DNA of 64,000 bases from Cycas panzhihuaensis (Eukaryota; Plantae; Cycadophyta): positions 7,936,001-8,000,000 of the forward strand of contig CM041465.1 of NCBI GenBank assembly GCA_023213395.1. Reading direction: 5' to 3'. Under the pieces are notes generated by a model that searched no databases, was not told where the DNA came from, and saw nothing but the letters and a program-made list of their open reading frames with translations. Of the stretch, positions 12,417-25,529 are shown one piece after another. Position numbers and translations under genes: made by a program. The stretch's first letter is position 1. Each line of letters opens with the position of its first letter.

Positions 12417-13128
12417 TATGTATTGGCTTCCCTACCCTAACCCTTCAATTGCATCATACAAGAGTCACAAACAAGGAAGAGACACAATTTAGAGCATAAG
12501 GAACCAGGATTTTATTACAAAAGGGCCCTCCATCTAGTCCTCTTACAACTAGACATAGGCTAGAATAATACACAGAACCTACAACTAAAGAAAGGTCCTT
12601 ATAGGATGAACATTGATGGATAAAATGATACAATACCCTCTCCACTTCTTTTCTATGATTTATATACCTATCTACAATTACAACTGCCATTTATAACCAT
12701 TATTGCATTATTATTTATTATATAACTAATGTTGCCCAAGTTATGTAACTATTGTCCTAGTTGCACCCATTGCTGCCTAAGTTGTACTTTGCAAGATTCT
12801 AGTTGCACTTTGTTGCGGTCTGGTTACATATGTCTTCATCTTGGTTGCAACTATCAATAACTTAGTTGCACCTATCCGCAGCTTGGTTGCACTTATCAAT
12901 AGATAAGTTACACATGTCAATAGCTTAGTCACACATATCCAAGGTTTGGTTACACTTACCAGTAGTAAAGTTGCACTAGCCAACATTCATTAACAACTTA
13001 ATCACACCTATTAATAGCCTAGTTGCACCTGGCTGCACTTATCTACCTTCTAATTACACATGTCAGCAACTTTCTCTTACATCTACCAACCCTTAGTTGT
13101 ACTATCAACTCCACTTAGGTCACATACA
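12417..13128 (-). repeat. 3' LTR of the minus-strand gypsy
   Basis: Direct repeat of 28707-29402; contains a 21-bp tandem array. Confidence 0.88.
12820..13030. repeat. 21-bp tandem array in the gypsy LTR (second copy ~29110-29305)
   Basis: Units such as TTGGTTGCAACTATCAATAAC / TTAGTTGCACCTATCCGCAGC / TTGGTTGCACTTATCAATAGA. Confidence 0.8.
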
Positions 13129-13329
13129 TCTCTCCTATGGCAAATTTAAATGAGTAGCATACTTGTTTAAATTTTCAAAAATTTCCTTCTTCCTTCTACT
13201 CTCCCTTTAAAAGAACATAATCTTATCTTCTTTTATTTCTTAACTGGGCTTCTTGTATCTTTTCCCTTTCTTTCCAAATCTACTCCATCTCTGGTTTGGT
13301 AATATATGGCAGCATCTATAATCGATTCT

Positions 13330-14864
13330 ACTTTAGATATTCATATAATAGTACCACATCCTACATTGTATCCAATTGTGGAAGCATTGGAAATTCCCCT
13401 AAAACTAACTATTCTATTTCCTGTGTCAATTTTGCATTCAGTTTTTGTACAAACTCCAATTTTGAATAGTATGTATTCATCTCCTACCATAGCTTCATAT
13501 AGCATTCTAATTCTTCATAGGATTTTAAAATCCATACACCCAAACAGTAATAAATAAGGTGCATATCTTTAGATATGTATTAATGAAAATTTTCTTTAAA
13601 TTGTTGTAGTTGCAGAGTGACTTCATCCATGTCATCTACCTAATCCAATATAAATTCCTTTAAAGATTCAAGTTTTCCTTTAGTTACTTAGTGAATTACC
13701 TTTAATGACTCTTCAGCTAGTTTGGCTCTACTTTCCAATTCTGTAAGTAACTATCTAGTTACTCAAGCTAAAAATGATGTCCTCCAACTAAACACATTAT
13801 GTGGATCACATTTGATTAGTTCTAATCTTTCTTTTAATATTTCTTTATTCACATTATACTCTACCTCCAGTGGCTAGTTTTTTATTCTCTCTATCACCTC
13901 CTATTTCCTCTTTTCCTAAGCCAGTTTTATCCTTTTTTATCTTTCCAACTCACCTTCTATATACTCCTACAGCTTATTACTAATTTCATCCTACTATCTT
14001 TTTCCTTTTTCCTTCTCTACTTCTTTCTGGAGGGATTCTTCTTCTTCCTTAACCTCTATTTCTTCTATCTAAGAATTACCTTTTTTATTTTCCTCTTCCT
14101 CTTTAATTTCAACCACTAGCATCCTCTGCTGGTAACATTTCTATACCCATTTTTGAACTACACCTTGAATTTCTATGCATTTACCTTCACTAAGACCTCC
14201 ATTGGTCCAGTATGCTAATGTCACTTGTTCTTCCTGTGGATCAGGAATCACCACTTTTGGGCATTGATCCATCATCAACCCTTATAAAATGGTCACATGA
14301 TATAAGGTGATAGCTTTTATTACCTCATATACTATTTGCAAATTCTGCACTAGGTGCCCTACTATAAAATATACCTAGTTATACCTTTTTCCTTATGCCA
14401 CCCAATTAACCATTGTTCTCAAATTTACAAGTATAAATAGGTTTTTCTGGGTTAAAATAACCTGGGTGAAAATAAAATGCATTAGAAATCATTTTTCCAG
14501 TGATTGAATTCCTACAATCTAGATTCTTGAAGTAGAAGCATCCTTTTCCCTCACTCTAATCTACTTCACTACTTTCTCCTATGTTATCTGAATTATCTCT
14601 CCTTATAAATTCACCATCCCTAGGGAGACTTGTGAGTGTTGCTATGGATTCTTCCAAAATATAGAGTATTGTTGGCTATGCTACGATCAATGATGTTACC
14701 ACACTCATGAATTTTGCTATCCATGAAAAAGTGCCAACTGATATGTATTTATAGAGTCCTGCATCCATCAATAATTTCCTTTGTACATCTTCTTCTCCCA
14801 TAACTTGCCACTCAGTTTGTATCTGAAGATCATCATTCTCTTTGAATAAGATGATTTTTGCCAT
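13330..14864 (-). pseudogene. Degenerate additional ORF downstream of pol (sense orientation), unknown function
   Basis: Begins MAKIILFKENDDLQIQTEWQV… (ORF 14676-14864) and later includes an E/K-rich coiled-coil-like stretch (~13900-14110) between the integrase end and the PPT. Extent is approximate. Confidence 0.45.
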
Positions 14865-15249
14865 TCAGAGTGCTACCTTTCCCCCACATGTAGTCCTGCA
14901 CTATTCTTGACTAGTTTCCTAGTGTAGTATTGGTTCCTTTTATGTCTTCGCTATAATGTACTTCTTGACTCAAAAATGACAATTGATTCATCTTAATGAT
15001 GGTCATACTAATTGCATCCCATGCTAACAATTATTGTTACCTATTTTTCATACGCCTTTCTCAATATTATTTGGCCGTCATCATATCAAGTGTCACACCT
15101 AGCCACTGGTGGTTATTACTTATTACCATATGTCCTTCCATCATATCTTATTGTATCTCATCTAAGGTGTACATATGAATTACATTATTAGCTTTTGCCA
15201 TAACTTCTCGGTCATTATTTCTAAGAGGAGACTTGTTTCCCTGGTTCTT

Positions 15250-17875
15250 TATGCCCTTTCTTTTTTAATGTTTTATATAATTTGATTCTACTTCCATTGA
15301 CTAATGTAGTCAACAGTTGTCCATCTAACTATTCTAACCTAACTGCCCCATTTTCATAAATGTGACTAACTTTATAAAGTCCTAACCACCTAATTTTTAA
15401 TTTACCTAGTTTCATTTTAAATTTACTATCATATAATAAAACTAAATCATTTTCCTTATACTCAGGCTTCTTTAAATACCGATCATGCCTGCCTTTGTGT
15501 CTGCTCTTTTCTACTTGTAATTCCTATAATCTTGAGCTCACATTTCATCCAGTTTCAACAATTGAATTAATCTTTGATCATAAGAGCTTTCTGGTTCCAT
15601 CCTTAATTATTTCACTACTCGCAAGCTTTCTGCTTGAAATTCCAATGAAACTACTACTTCTATACCATATACCAATTGAAACAATGTGTGTTTATGTAAC
15701 TATTTTCTCATTGTTCTATCCACCCATAATACTGAATGTAATTTTTCTGCCCAATCTGACTATTTTGCATTACAAATTTTCATTAGGGCAATCTTCAGGA
15801 TTTTATTCGTGCTCTCAACTTGTCCATTTTTCCTAAGGTAATATGGTGAGGATTTACCATGTTATATCAAAAACTCTAAAGTTAGATACTTAATTGTTTG
15901 ATTAAAAAAACTCCTACCTTGGTCTGATATAATTTCCAGAGGGTAGCCAAACCTTACTATGATAACTTCATATAAAAAATGACTTGTAGTTTGAGCATCA
16001 CATTTCTTCATTAGTTTGGCTTCTATCCATTTTGTCAGAAAATCAGTAGCTACCAACATAAATCTTGCATTAGTTTTTTAGGCTAGAGGACTGATTGATC
16101 CTACAAAATCTAGCCCCCATTTTCAAATGGTGCTTGAGCTAAGATAGGATACAAGGGTAGATAGTGCTTAGATGGCTTACCTATGCCTTGACAATTATCA
16201 TAGGTTTTTACCCATTTTTCTCCATCTTCAAATAAAGTTTTCCACCACAACCTAGCTAATAAGACTTTTTGAGTTATAGCTTCACTTCCATAATGAGTTG
16301 AGGCTACTCCCTCATGTGCCTCTCTTAATATTGACTACACTTCATCTTGCAATATGCATCTCCTTAGTACCTCATCTGGCCCCAGTTTATACAACATGCC
16401 ACCTATAAGTTGGAAGGAAAAAGCTTTCTTAATAAAACTTTTTCTTTTTGCCCTTTCTAAACCTTTAGGTGTTTTTCCTATAGACAAATATTCTATAATC
16501 CCTTCATACCAAGATGGAATAGCCTTTATAGAAAATAATTTATAATCTAGAAAATTATCAAAAATCCTAGTATCTAGTTCCTCATCTTTTATCCTAGACA
16601 ACTAGTCTAGTATCACATGTTTATCCCCTTTTTTCACCATAATTTTAAATATGAATTCTTGAAACAACATTAGCTAGCGGCTAATTCTTCCCTGGAGAAT
16701 AGGTTTGTTAATAAGATATTACAAATCTTGATGGTCTACAAAAAATACAAATGGATTAGCAAGCAAGTAATGTCAAAATTTTTATAGAGCATATATCATG
16801 CCCAGCCCTGCCCATTCTATAACCGTATAGTTACATTCTACTGATGTCAACTTTTGATTGACAAAGGAAATAGGGAGGTCAACTTTTTCATTAGTAGGTT
16901 AGGCCAATGCATATCCAATTACATATAATGAGGCATCTACATGTACATGGAATGGCTTATTCCAATTGAGAAATCTAAGCACAGGGGTTTCTACTATCTT
17001 CTTCTTGAAAGCATCGAAAGATAGCTATTATCTCATTGTCCATTCCTATTTCCTTGCCTTTTTTAGTAATGATTCCAATGGGTATGTTATTTAGGCATAG
17101 CCTTTTATGAGTTTCTGATAATATCCAGTCATTCCCAAGAACCCTTTGAGATTTTTCTAGTTCTAAGACATAAGAAATTTTAAAATTACTTCTACTTTAG
17201 TTAGATCTATCATCAGCCCTTCCTTTGAAATAATATGCCCTAATAAGGATCCAAATAGTACTAAGAAAGCACATTTATATGGATTTAGACATAGTCTATT
17301 TTTCCTACACAACTTTAACATCTATTTTAATTAAGACAGATGATCCTTCAACAAACCGTATAATGTCCATTCATCCAAAAATACTTCAATTGCCTTCCCT
17401 AATAATCCCCGGAATATATTCAAAATTATTCTCTAGAATGTTACTAGAGCATTAGTTAGCCCAAATGGCATTACTCGGTAGGCATAAGTACCCCATTCTA
17501 TAGTGAATATGGTTTTTAATTGGTCTTTGGATGCTATACAGACCTAATTATATCCATTGAACCCATAAGTGTGAGAATACTTCATGCCTTACAACTTTTT
17601 CAATATATCCTTAGTGAAAGGAATTGGAAATGGGTCCTTTTTTGTGGCTTTGTTTAAAGCCCTATAATCAACACATACATGCAACTTCCCATTCTTTTTG
17701 GGCACTACTTCTAGAGGGATTCCCTTTAGGTCCTTATAGGACCAAGCAAATACATCATTGTATTCACAGAAGAGTGTTGTTACTTGTTGCATAACTTCAG
17801 GTTCCCAATATTCCCCCAATTTTATCTATTTAGGGTCCTCTTCAATTCCTAAATTAATTTGTTACAATTGAAGTT
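15250..17875 (-). pseudogene. Gypsy pol remnant (RT, RNase H, integrase)
   Basis: ORFs 17589-17819 (DVFAWSYKDLKGIP…PKKNGKLHVCVDYRALNKATKKDPFPIPF), 16335-16601 (LYKLGPDEVLRRC) and 15862-16059 (LVATDFLTKWIEAK…RFGYPLEIISDQG). GPY/F motif near 15380. Confidence 0.92.
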
Positions 17876-18019
17876 CTTTTTTTTAATTTATTTTTAGATA
17901 TTTAATTTTATAATACTCTTTAAAATGAGTATAAAATACCTTATTATATTTATTTTTCATGTTTTTAACCTTTATTTAGTAGGAAAATGCTATTTAGATG
18001 CTTAAAAAATATAAAGTAG

Positions 18020-18249
18020 GTGCAACCAAGTGGTCTACAAGTGCAACCAAGTGGACTACAAGTGCAACCAAGTGGTCTATAAGTGTAAACAAATGGTCTA
18101 CAAGTGTAATCAAGTGGACTACAAGTGCAACTAAGTGGACTGCAAGTGCAACCAAGTACAACTAGGGAGTCTGCAAGTGAAACCAGCCAGTCTACAAGTG
18201 CAACTAGGCAGTCTACAAGTGTAACCTTTGCGACCACAAGTGCAACCCA
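18020..18249 (+). repeat. 21-bp tandem array in U3 of the 5' LTR (second copy ~23917-24175)
   Basis: About 11 units of consensus GTGCAACCAAGTGG(T/A)CTACAA. Confidence 0.92.
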
Positions 18250-19247
18250 AAAAATAGAACAATTGACAGGATTTTGATGGGGAAAAAGGAGTCTATTTTA
18301 CACAAAATTCTAGGAGGATGATTTTACATGTGTCCTCTACACAATAGAAGAAAGAAAACCCTAGATTAAATGGTTTTAAGTTAGTTTTTTAACTAATCAA
18401 ATGTTAGTTGAAAACCTAAAATGGGAAAACTATTTTAGGAAGAAACATGCATGGCAGGGTTTTAAAACTACCTAGATTTGTTCAAGAATAGGAAGAAGGA
18501 TGCCCAACAACTATAAACGTAGTAAGAGGAGCAAAAATCATGGGAAGATAATGCAAAATAGCTTTCTAAAGAAGAATAATAGCTCCAAACTAAAGACTGC
18601 ATAGGAGAAACAAAGGGAAAAGAGGTGTAAAGAAGAAACAAATGGAAGAAGCAAAAGAAAAATACCCAAATCTATTCGTGGGGGCATTGAAGAAACCCAA
18701 GAAGTCTTAGTTGTAGCTAAAAGAAGAATAAAACTAGACATAGCAATCCAAGAAAGATGCCTAAGTGGAAATCTTCTCCAAGAAAGGATTTATGGTTGAA
18801 TGGCAGCCAAAACTTCATACATAGATCATTCATAATGGTACCAAAGAGTATGTAGTAGCCCAAAATGTGCCTGCACACATTCCACCTCTCCTAAATTATT
18901 GTAGTAGTCCTATTCATGCTCAATAGAACATAAAAATATGGAATTTTATAAGGAAAAATACAAAGATTTTTAAATTTAATATATCATTATTGTATATTGT
19001 TCTAAATTTATTTCGATTGGATTAAGTTTTTACTTTTCCATTCAAATTCATATCAATATTTTTGGTATTAAAGCTTAATTTCTTAAAACCCTTAGGAATT
19101 TAGGGATTTTTAAAGAATAAAAAAAAATAGGAAAACCCTCTTTGTTTTAGCTATGAAAAAGTTTTTATGAAAACTAAGTTTTAGTGTTTGTTGACTAGTG
19201 AGCCTTTAAGTGAACCACTTGAGAGAGAGCATAGATAACGAAGGAAG

Positions 19248-22200
19248 ATGGTTGATCTAGAGTAAGAGATGCAGAAAAGGTTCATGAAGATGGAGCAAAA
19301 CCTCAATAGACTAACTCAGATTGTTGTGCAACTAGTCCCTCACCAAGGTGCAACTTTTTCAACAACGAAAGGCAAAAAAAAAGAAGAAGATAAATTGGTG
19401 AAAGAAGAAACAAATAAAGAACGTGCAAAAGACTGACAAGAAGAGGAAGAAGATGATAGTCCATTGGTAATAACACATCCATTCAAGGTTGAGAAAAAAC
19501 TTGAATTGCCCATCAATGATGGAATAGTAGATGCTGAAAACTTAGATGGTTAGTTGGACCAACTAGAAACATATTTTTCCATTTATGGGTATAAAAACCA
19601 GCAGAAAATTACTTTTTCTAGGTTAAAATTATCTAAGCATGTATTAGTTTAGTTGAATACATACCTTAAATCCCATAATATAGATGAAATTATATGGAAG
19701 TAATTTAAAATCCTCATAAAGAAGCAATTCTACCCTATTAGGTATGAAGAGTATCAGAGGATTAAATGGCAGTATTACCATTAGGAAAAATGCCAAAATG
19801 TCCAAGGCTACACAACAGAATTTCAAAAGAAAGTTGTCATGTTGGGCATCTCTTTATTGGGTAAAGACATCATGCTAAAGTATATTAAAGGGCTACACCA
19901 ACATATTCAATAAGAACTTCAACTGTTTGAAGTTAAATCACTCAATGAAGTCAACAAGAAGGTGATTGCCATAGAAAAGAGGAACAAGAAGGTTTTTGCT
20001 TAGAGGAAAAGGTTTGCACCTCAAGAAGGTAGTAATAAACCTATGCAAGGAAAGAAGTCTCTAAGTAAGTTAGACAACAAATGATTGGGGGTTTTGGTAA
20101 AAAGAAGCAAGCCAATACCACCTAAATCAAAGTCACTTATATACATTGTAAGTGAGCGGGTCATAGCATAGAAGATTGTTGGTTCCTACACCTAAAGAAA
20201 TAGCCTAAGAATAAGGGAAAATGTAAATCTAAAACTTAAGGTAAATATTTACTTAACTATGTAGGTGATGAAGATGTTTTTGGCATTGAAGGAAATAATG
20301 AGAAGCTAATGCTCATGGCTAATGCACAGCCTAAAAACAACCATCAACAAGTTGATCTAGAGATTAGAGAGGATCTTTTCATGGTAAGAATCCAAGTGAA
20401 GCAAACTATGGTTGATGCCATATTTGATGGAGGAAGCCAAAAGAACTTAATCTTAGAGGCATTGGGAAAGAAGCTGGGATTAAAAATGTATGCACATCCA
20501 AAACCATATCCTCTTAGATGGCTACAAAAAGATTTAGAGTTGCAGGTTACTCACCAATGTAAGTTCAAATTTATAATTTCTGAAAAGTTCATTAATAAAG
20601 TTGAATGTGAGGTAGTTCCTTTGGATGTTTATCAAATTGTGTTTGACAGCCTATATCTCTATGATAGAGATGGAGTTTATCATAAGAGGCTGAGGAAGAT
20701 TCAGCTCATCAAGGATAGGAAATCATATATGATCAATGCATAAAAACTACAAAATAAGATCTCTTTTATATCCTCCCAACAAGTGAAAAGATTGATTAAT
20801 ACTTGTAGGAAGTTTGTGCTATTAATGATAAAGAAAAGGTAGAAGAAAAGAGCAAGCAAAGTCTTCAATATAGGCATTAGATAGGAAACAAGTATAGTAA
20901 ATTGAAAGCCTAAGGAATAGGCATAATGATGTATTCCAAGAGCTAAAAGGGTTGCCCCATAAGAGGGCAATTAAACATGAAATCTAGTTGGTTGTCAAGT
21001 AACCTTTGCCCAATCTTAGTCTTTATCAAAACTCAGTTTTAGAAAATGAAGAGATTAAGAGGTAGATTCAAGAACTCTTGGAGCAAGATGTAATCAACTT
21101 GAGGTGTTCCCCATGTGGTTCACCTATTGTTTTGGTGTTGAAGAAAGATGGAGAATGGAGAATATGTATTAACTACCATGCTTTAAACAAGATCACCATA
21201 AACAGTCAACATCCCTTACCATGGATAGATGACTTGTTGGACCAGCTACAGTCTACAATATATTTTAATAAGTTGGACCTGAAATCAAGCTACCATCATA
21301 TTCAAATCTAGGAGGGGGATACTTGGAAGACAACCTTCAAATCAAAGTAAGGGTTATTTGAATAGTTGGTGATGCCTTTTAGTCTATGCAATACACTTGC
21401 CACCTTTATGAGGTTGATGAATGAGGCATTAAGACCTTTCATTAATGACTTTATAATTGTTTATTTAGATGATATTCTAATTTTTAGTTATACTTAGGAG
21501 GAGAACCTCTAACATGTCGAGCAAGTGCTCAAAGTACTCTAAGAGAAGTAGCTAAAACTTAATTTGAAGAAGTACAAGTTTAGAAAGCAATCTCTCATCT
21601 TCTTGGGTTTTGTAGTTAGAGGAGGAGAATTGAAGATTGATCCAGTAAAGATTAGAGTCATTCTCAATTGGCCCATACCTAAGACAACCATAAAGGTAAG
21701 AAGTTTCATTGGTGCATGTTAATATTTAAGAAAAAATATTTTTAGATTCTCTCCAATTACAACACCTCTTCATGTATGATGGGAGGACATGCAAAGTTTC
21801 ATTAGGAGAATGAACAAGAGAAAGCTTTTAGGCTTTTGAAGTAAAAATTTGTGAGGCACCTATGTTAGCCTTACCCTCATTACAAAAACCATTTGAATTA
21901 GAGACTTATGCTTTATGCCATGCCATGGGAGCAGTGTTGAAGCAAGAGGGAAGACCAATAGCATACCATTAAGAGACATTTAATGGAACTATCATAAACT
22001 ACCTAACTTACAATAAGGAGCTATATGCATTGCACCAAGCAGTCAAGTATTAGAGACCATATTTATTGGGAAAAGAGGTGGTCATCCACACTAATGACAA
22101 GCCTTTTCAATTCTTCCAAACTCCATCCAAATTGTAGTAGGTCAGGCATATGAAGTAGATGTCCTATTTGTAGTAGTTTCACATCATGGTCAAGTACAAG

Positions 22201-23750
22201 AAAGGCATGATAAACAAAATTGCAGACTTATTATCTAGACTTCCTCAACAACAAGGTATTTCTATTTTGTTGGTAGCTATATAATTTTAGCCTTTCTTCC
22301 ATGATGAATATGTTGATTTGTACTTGGAAGATGAGGCATTTAATCCTATCTTTGAGTAGCTACAGTAGGGGAAAGTAGTTGATGATTTTTAGCTGAAAGA
22401 TGGCCTCCTCTTCAAGCAAGACAAGCTTTACATTCTAAAGTATGTAGACTAAAAGAAATGGCTAAGAGAAGCTCATACCTCTCAAGTTACAAGACACTTT
22501 GGAGTGGGAAAGACATTGTTGAATTTATAGCGATATATATATTGGCCAAATATATAGCAAGCTGTGACTACAATAGTACGAGGATGTACATTATGTAGCA
22601 CATCAAAGTTAGCCAATAGAAGTTTAGATTATACACTCTACTTCCTATTCCATCATGGCCATGGAAGAGTATCTCCATGGATTTCCTTAGAGGACTACCA
22701 TGAACCAAAAATAGTATGGATTATTTGTTTGTATTTGTTGATCGATTCAATAAATAGTGGAATTGATTCCCTGTAGGAAGATATATATAAGAGAAGACAT
22801 GGCTAGATTATTTTTCGAGCATGTTTGGAAGCATTTTGGACTTCCTAACTCAATTATTTCTAATCAAGATAGTAGATTTTTGAGTCATTTTTAGCGAACA
22901 CTTTGGGGAATGATAGATACAAAACTGAAGATGAGCACAACTTTTCATCCTTAAACAGATGGCTAGATTGAAGTCGTCAACAAGATGTTGGTACAATTGT
23001 TATGAGGATATAATGCCAAGCATCCTAAGACTTGGGATGAAAGTCTCCCATACTTACAATTTGCCTTCAACAGAGCTATCCATAACTCGACCTAAAAATC
23101 ATCATTTGAGGTATGGTTGGGATTTCTGCATGTAAGTCCATTCAATCTAGATCTTTTTTCTCAACTTTCTGCAGGAAATAAAAAGGAGGAAGAAGCAGAT
23201 GAGAAGGTATAAAGATTCTTGGAAAGAATTAGAAAAATCCATCAATAGGTTGAGGAGTAGCTTCAAAAATCTCAACAGAGATATAAACAGAGACATGATG
23301 CACATAGAACTAGTCATTCCTTTAAGGAAGAAGATAAAGTTTGGTTGTATCTCAGTAAGAAATGATTACAAGATGAAGGTAAAAAGCTAAAGCCTATATG
23401 TTATGGTCCTTTTATAATCTTGAAGAAGATTAGGAAAAATGCTTTTTGGATTGAACTTCAAGAATTCATGAAAACGTATTTAGTTATGAATGTTAAGAAT
23501 ATAAAGATGTTTGATCCATCCATATTGGATAAAGATGAAGACGGAGTTCCACTCTTACCAAATCTAGAGAAGTTATGAGTAGAGAAAGATGAACCAATGC
23601 AAAATGATTATATTCTTCAAAGGAAGCAGACTAAGACTAGAAGAAGCACAATCGAGTCCTTTAGGATTGTAAAAAAAGGACAAGTGCCAAGAAAGGCAAA
23701 ATGGTATAGTAGGGAGAAAGGGAAAGTTAAATTCCCTCATCTACAACTAT
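19248..23750 (+). pseudogene. CRM-like gag-pol remnant
   Basis: Gag 'DGIVDAENLDG*LDQLETYF', protease region 'IFDGGSQKNLI…HPKPYPLRWL…CEVVPLD' (ORF 20309-20743, CRM-type), RT 'SPCGSPIVLVLKKDGEWRICINYHALNKIT' and 'VYLDDIL' (~21459), integrase 'EAHTS…HFGVGKT' and 'KKLKPICYGPF'. Confidence 0.92.
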
Positions 23751-25529
23751 AAGGTTCATGAGGCCATGAACTCCTAAGAAAAGGATATTTTTGGATCTTT
23801 AATTTTATAATACTCTTTAAAATGAGTATAAAATACCTTGTTATATTTATTTTTTATGCTTTTAACCTTCATTTAGTAGGAAAATACTATTTAGATGCTT
23901 AAAAAATACAAAGCAGGTACAACCAAGTGGTCTACAAGTGTAACCAAGTGGATTACAAGTGCAACCAAGAGGTCTACAAGTGAAACCAAGTGGACTACAA
24001 ATGTAACTAAGTGGATTACAAGTGCAATCAAGTGGACTAAAAGTGCAACCAAGTGGACTGCAAGTGCAACCAAGTGCAACTAGGTAGTCTACAAGTGCAA
24101 CTAGGTAGTTTGTAAGTGCAACCAAATGAAACCAAGCAATCTGCAAGTGCAAACTTTGCAACCACAAGTGTAACCTGAAAAATGGAAAAATGAAAAAATA
24201 GAAAAATAGATGGGATTTTGACAGGGAAAGAGGAGTTTATTTTGTACAAAATTTTAGGAGGATGATTTTACATGTGCCCTCTACACAATAGAAGAAAGAA
24301 AACCCTAGATTAAATGGTTTTAAGTTACTTTTTCATCGATCAAATATTAGTTGAAAAACTAAAATGGGAAAACCATTTTAGGAAGAAATATGCATGGCAA
24401 GGTTTTACAACTGCCCATATTTGTTCAAGAATGGGAAGAAGGATGCCTAACAACTATAAATATAGAAAGAGAAGCAAAATTTGTGAGAAGATAATGCAAA
24501 ATAGCTTCCTAAAGAATAAGAATAGCTCCAAACTAATGATTGCATAGGAGAAATGAAGGAAAAAGAGGTGTAAAGAAGAAACAGATGGAAGAAGCAAAAT
24601 AAAAATACCCAAATCTATTTGTGGGGATATTAAAGATACCCAAGAAGGCTTAATTGTAGCCAAAGGAAGAAGAAAACTAGACATAGCAGTCCAAGAAAGA
24701 CAACAAGGTGGAAATCTTCTCTAAGAAAGGGTTAATGGTTAAACGATAGTTAAAACTTCATATATAAATCATTGGTAATAGTACCAAAGAGTATGTAGTA
24801 GCCCAAAATATGCCTAGCACACATTTCTCCTCTCCCAAATTACTATAGTAGTCCTATTCATGCTTAATAGAGCATGAAAATATGGAATTTTATAAGGAAA
24901 AATCTAAAGATTTTTAATTTTAATGTATCATTATTGTATATTATTCTAAATTTATTTAAATTAGACCAAGTTTTTACTTTTCCATTCAAATTTAGATCAA
25001 TATTGTTGGTATCAGAGCTTAATTTCTTAAAACCCTTTGGAATTTAGAGATTTTTAAAGAAAAAAAAAACCCTCTTTGTTTTAGTTATGAAAAAGTTTTT
25101 ATGAAAACTAGGTTTTAGTATTTGTTGAATGGTGAGCCTTTAACCAAACCACTCAAGAGAGAGTGTAGACAATGAAGGAAGATGGCTAAGATAGAGAAAG
25201 AGATATAGAAAAGGTTCATGAAGATGGAGCAAAACTTTGATAGACTAACTCAGCCTGTGGCACAACTAGTCCCTTACCAAGGTGCAATTTTTTCAATAGC
25301 CAAAGCCATAAAAAAAGAAGAAGATGAATCGATGAAAGAGGAAACAAATAAAGAACCTGCAAAAGACCAACAAGAAGAGGAAGAAGATGATAGTCCATTG
25401 TTAATAACACATCCATTAAAGGTTGAGGTAAAAGATTTTTAAATTTAATATATCATTATTATATATTATTCTGAATTTGTTTCGATTGGACTAAGTTTTT
25501 ACTTTTCCATTCAAATTCAGATCACTTTT

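Larger units (their letters stand above)
17881..25524 (+). mobile_element. CRM-like (centromeric-retrotransposon clade) Ty3/gypsy with a duplicated PBS/gag start and third LTR end
   Basis: LTRs at ~17881-19055 and ~23786-24999. tRNA-iMet PBS at 19063 and again at 25007. PPT AAGAAAAGGA at 23776. Extra U5 end at 25431-25524. TSD CTTTT (17876-17880 and 25525-25529). Confidence 0.9.

Noticed and set aside
17965-18237. Cys-rich repetitive ORFs (LGCTCSP)n, also 23862-24167 and 12777-12986
   Set aside because: By-products of a 21-bp (7-codon) repeat, open in several frames on both strands.
18020-18249. CRISPR-like appearance of regularly spaced GTGCAACCAAG repeats
   Set aside because: These are contiguous 21-bp tandem units with no unique spacers, inside eukaryotic LTRs, with no cas genes.
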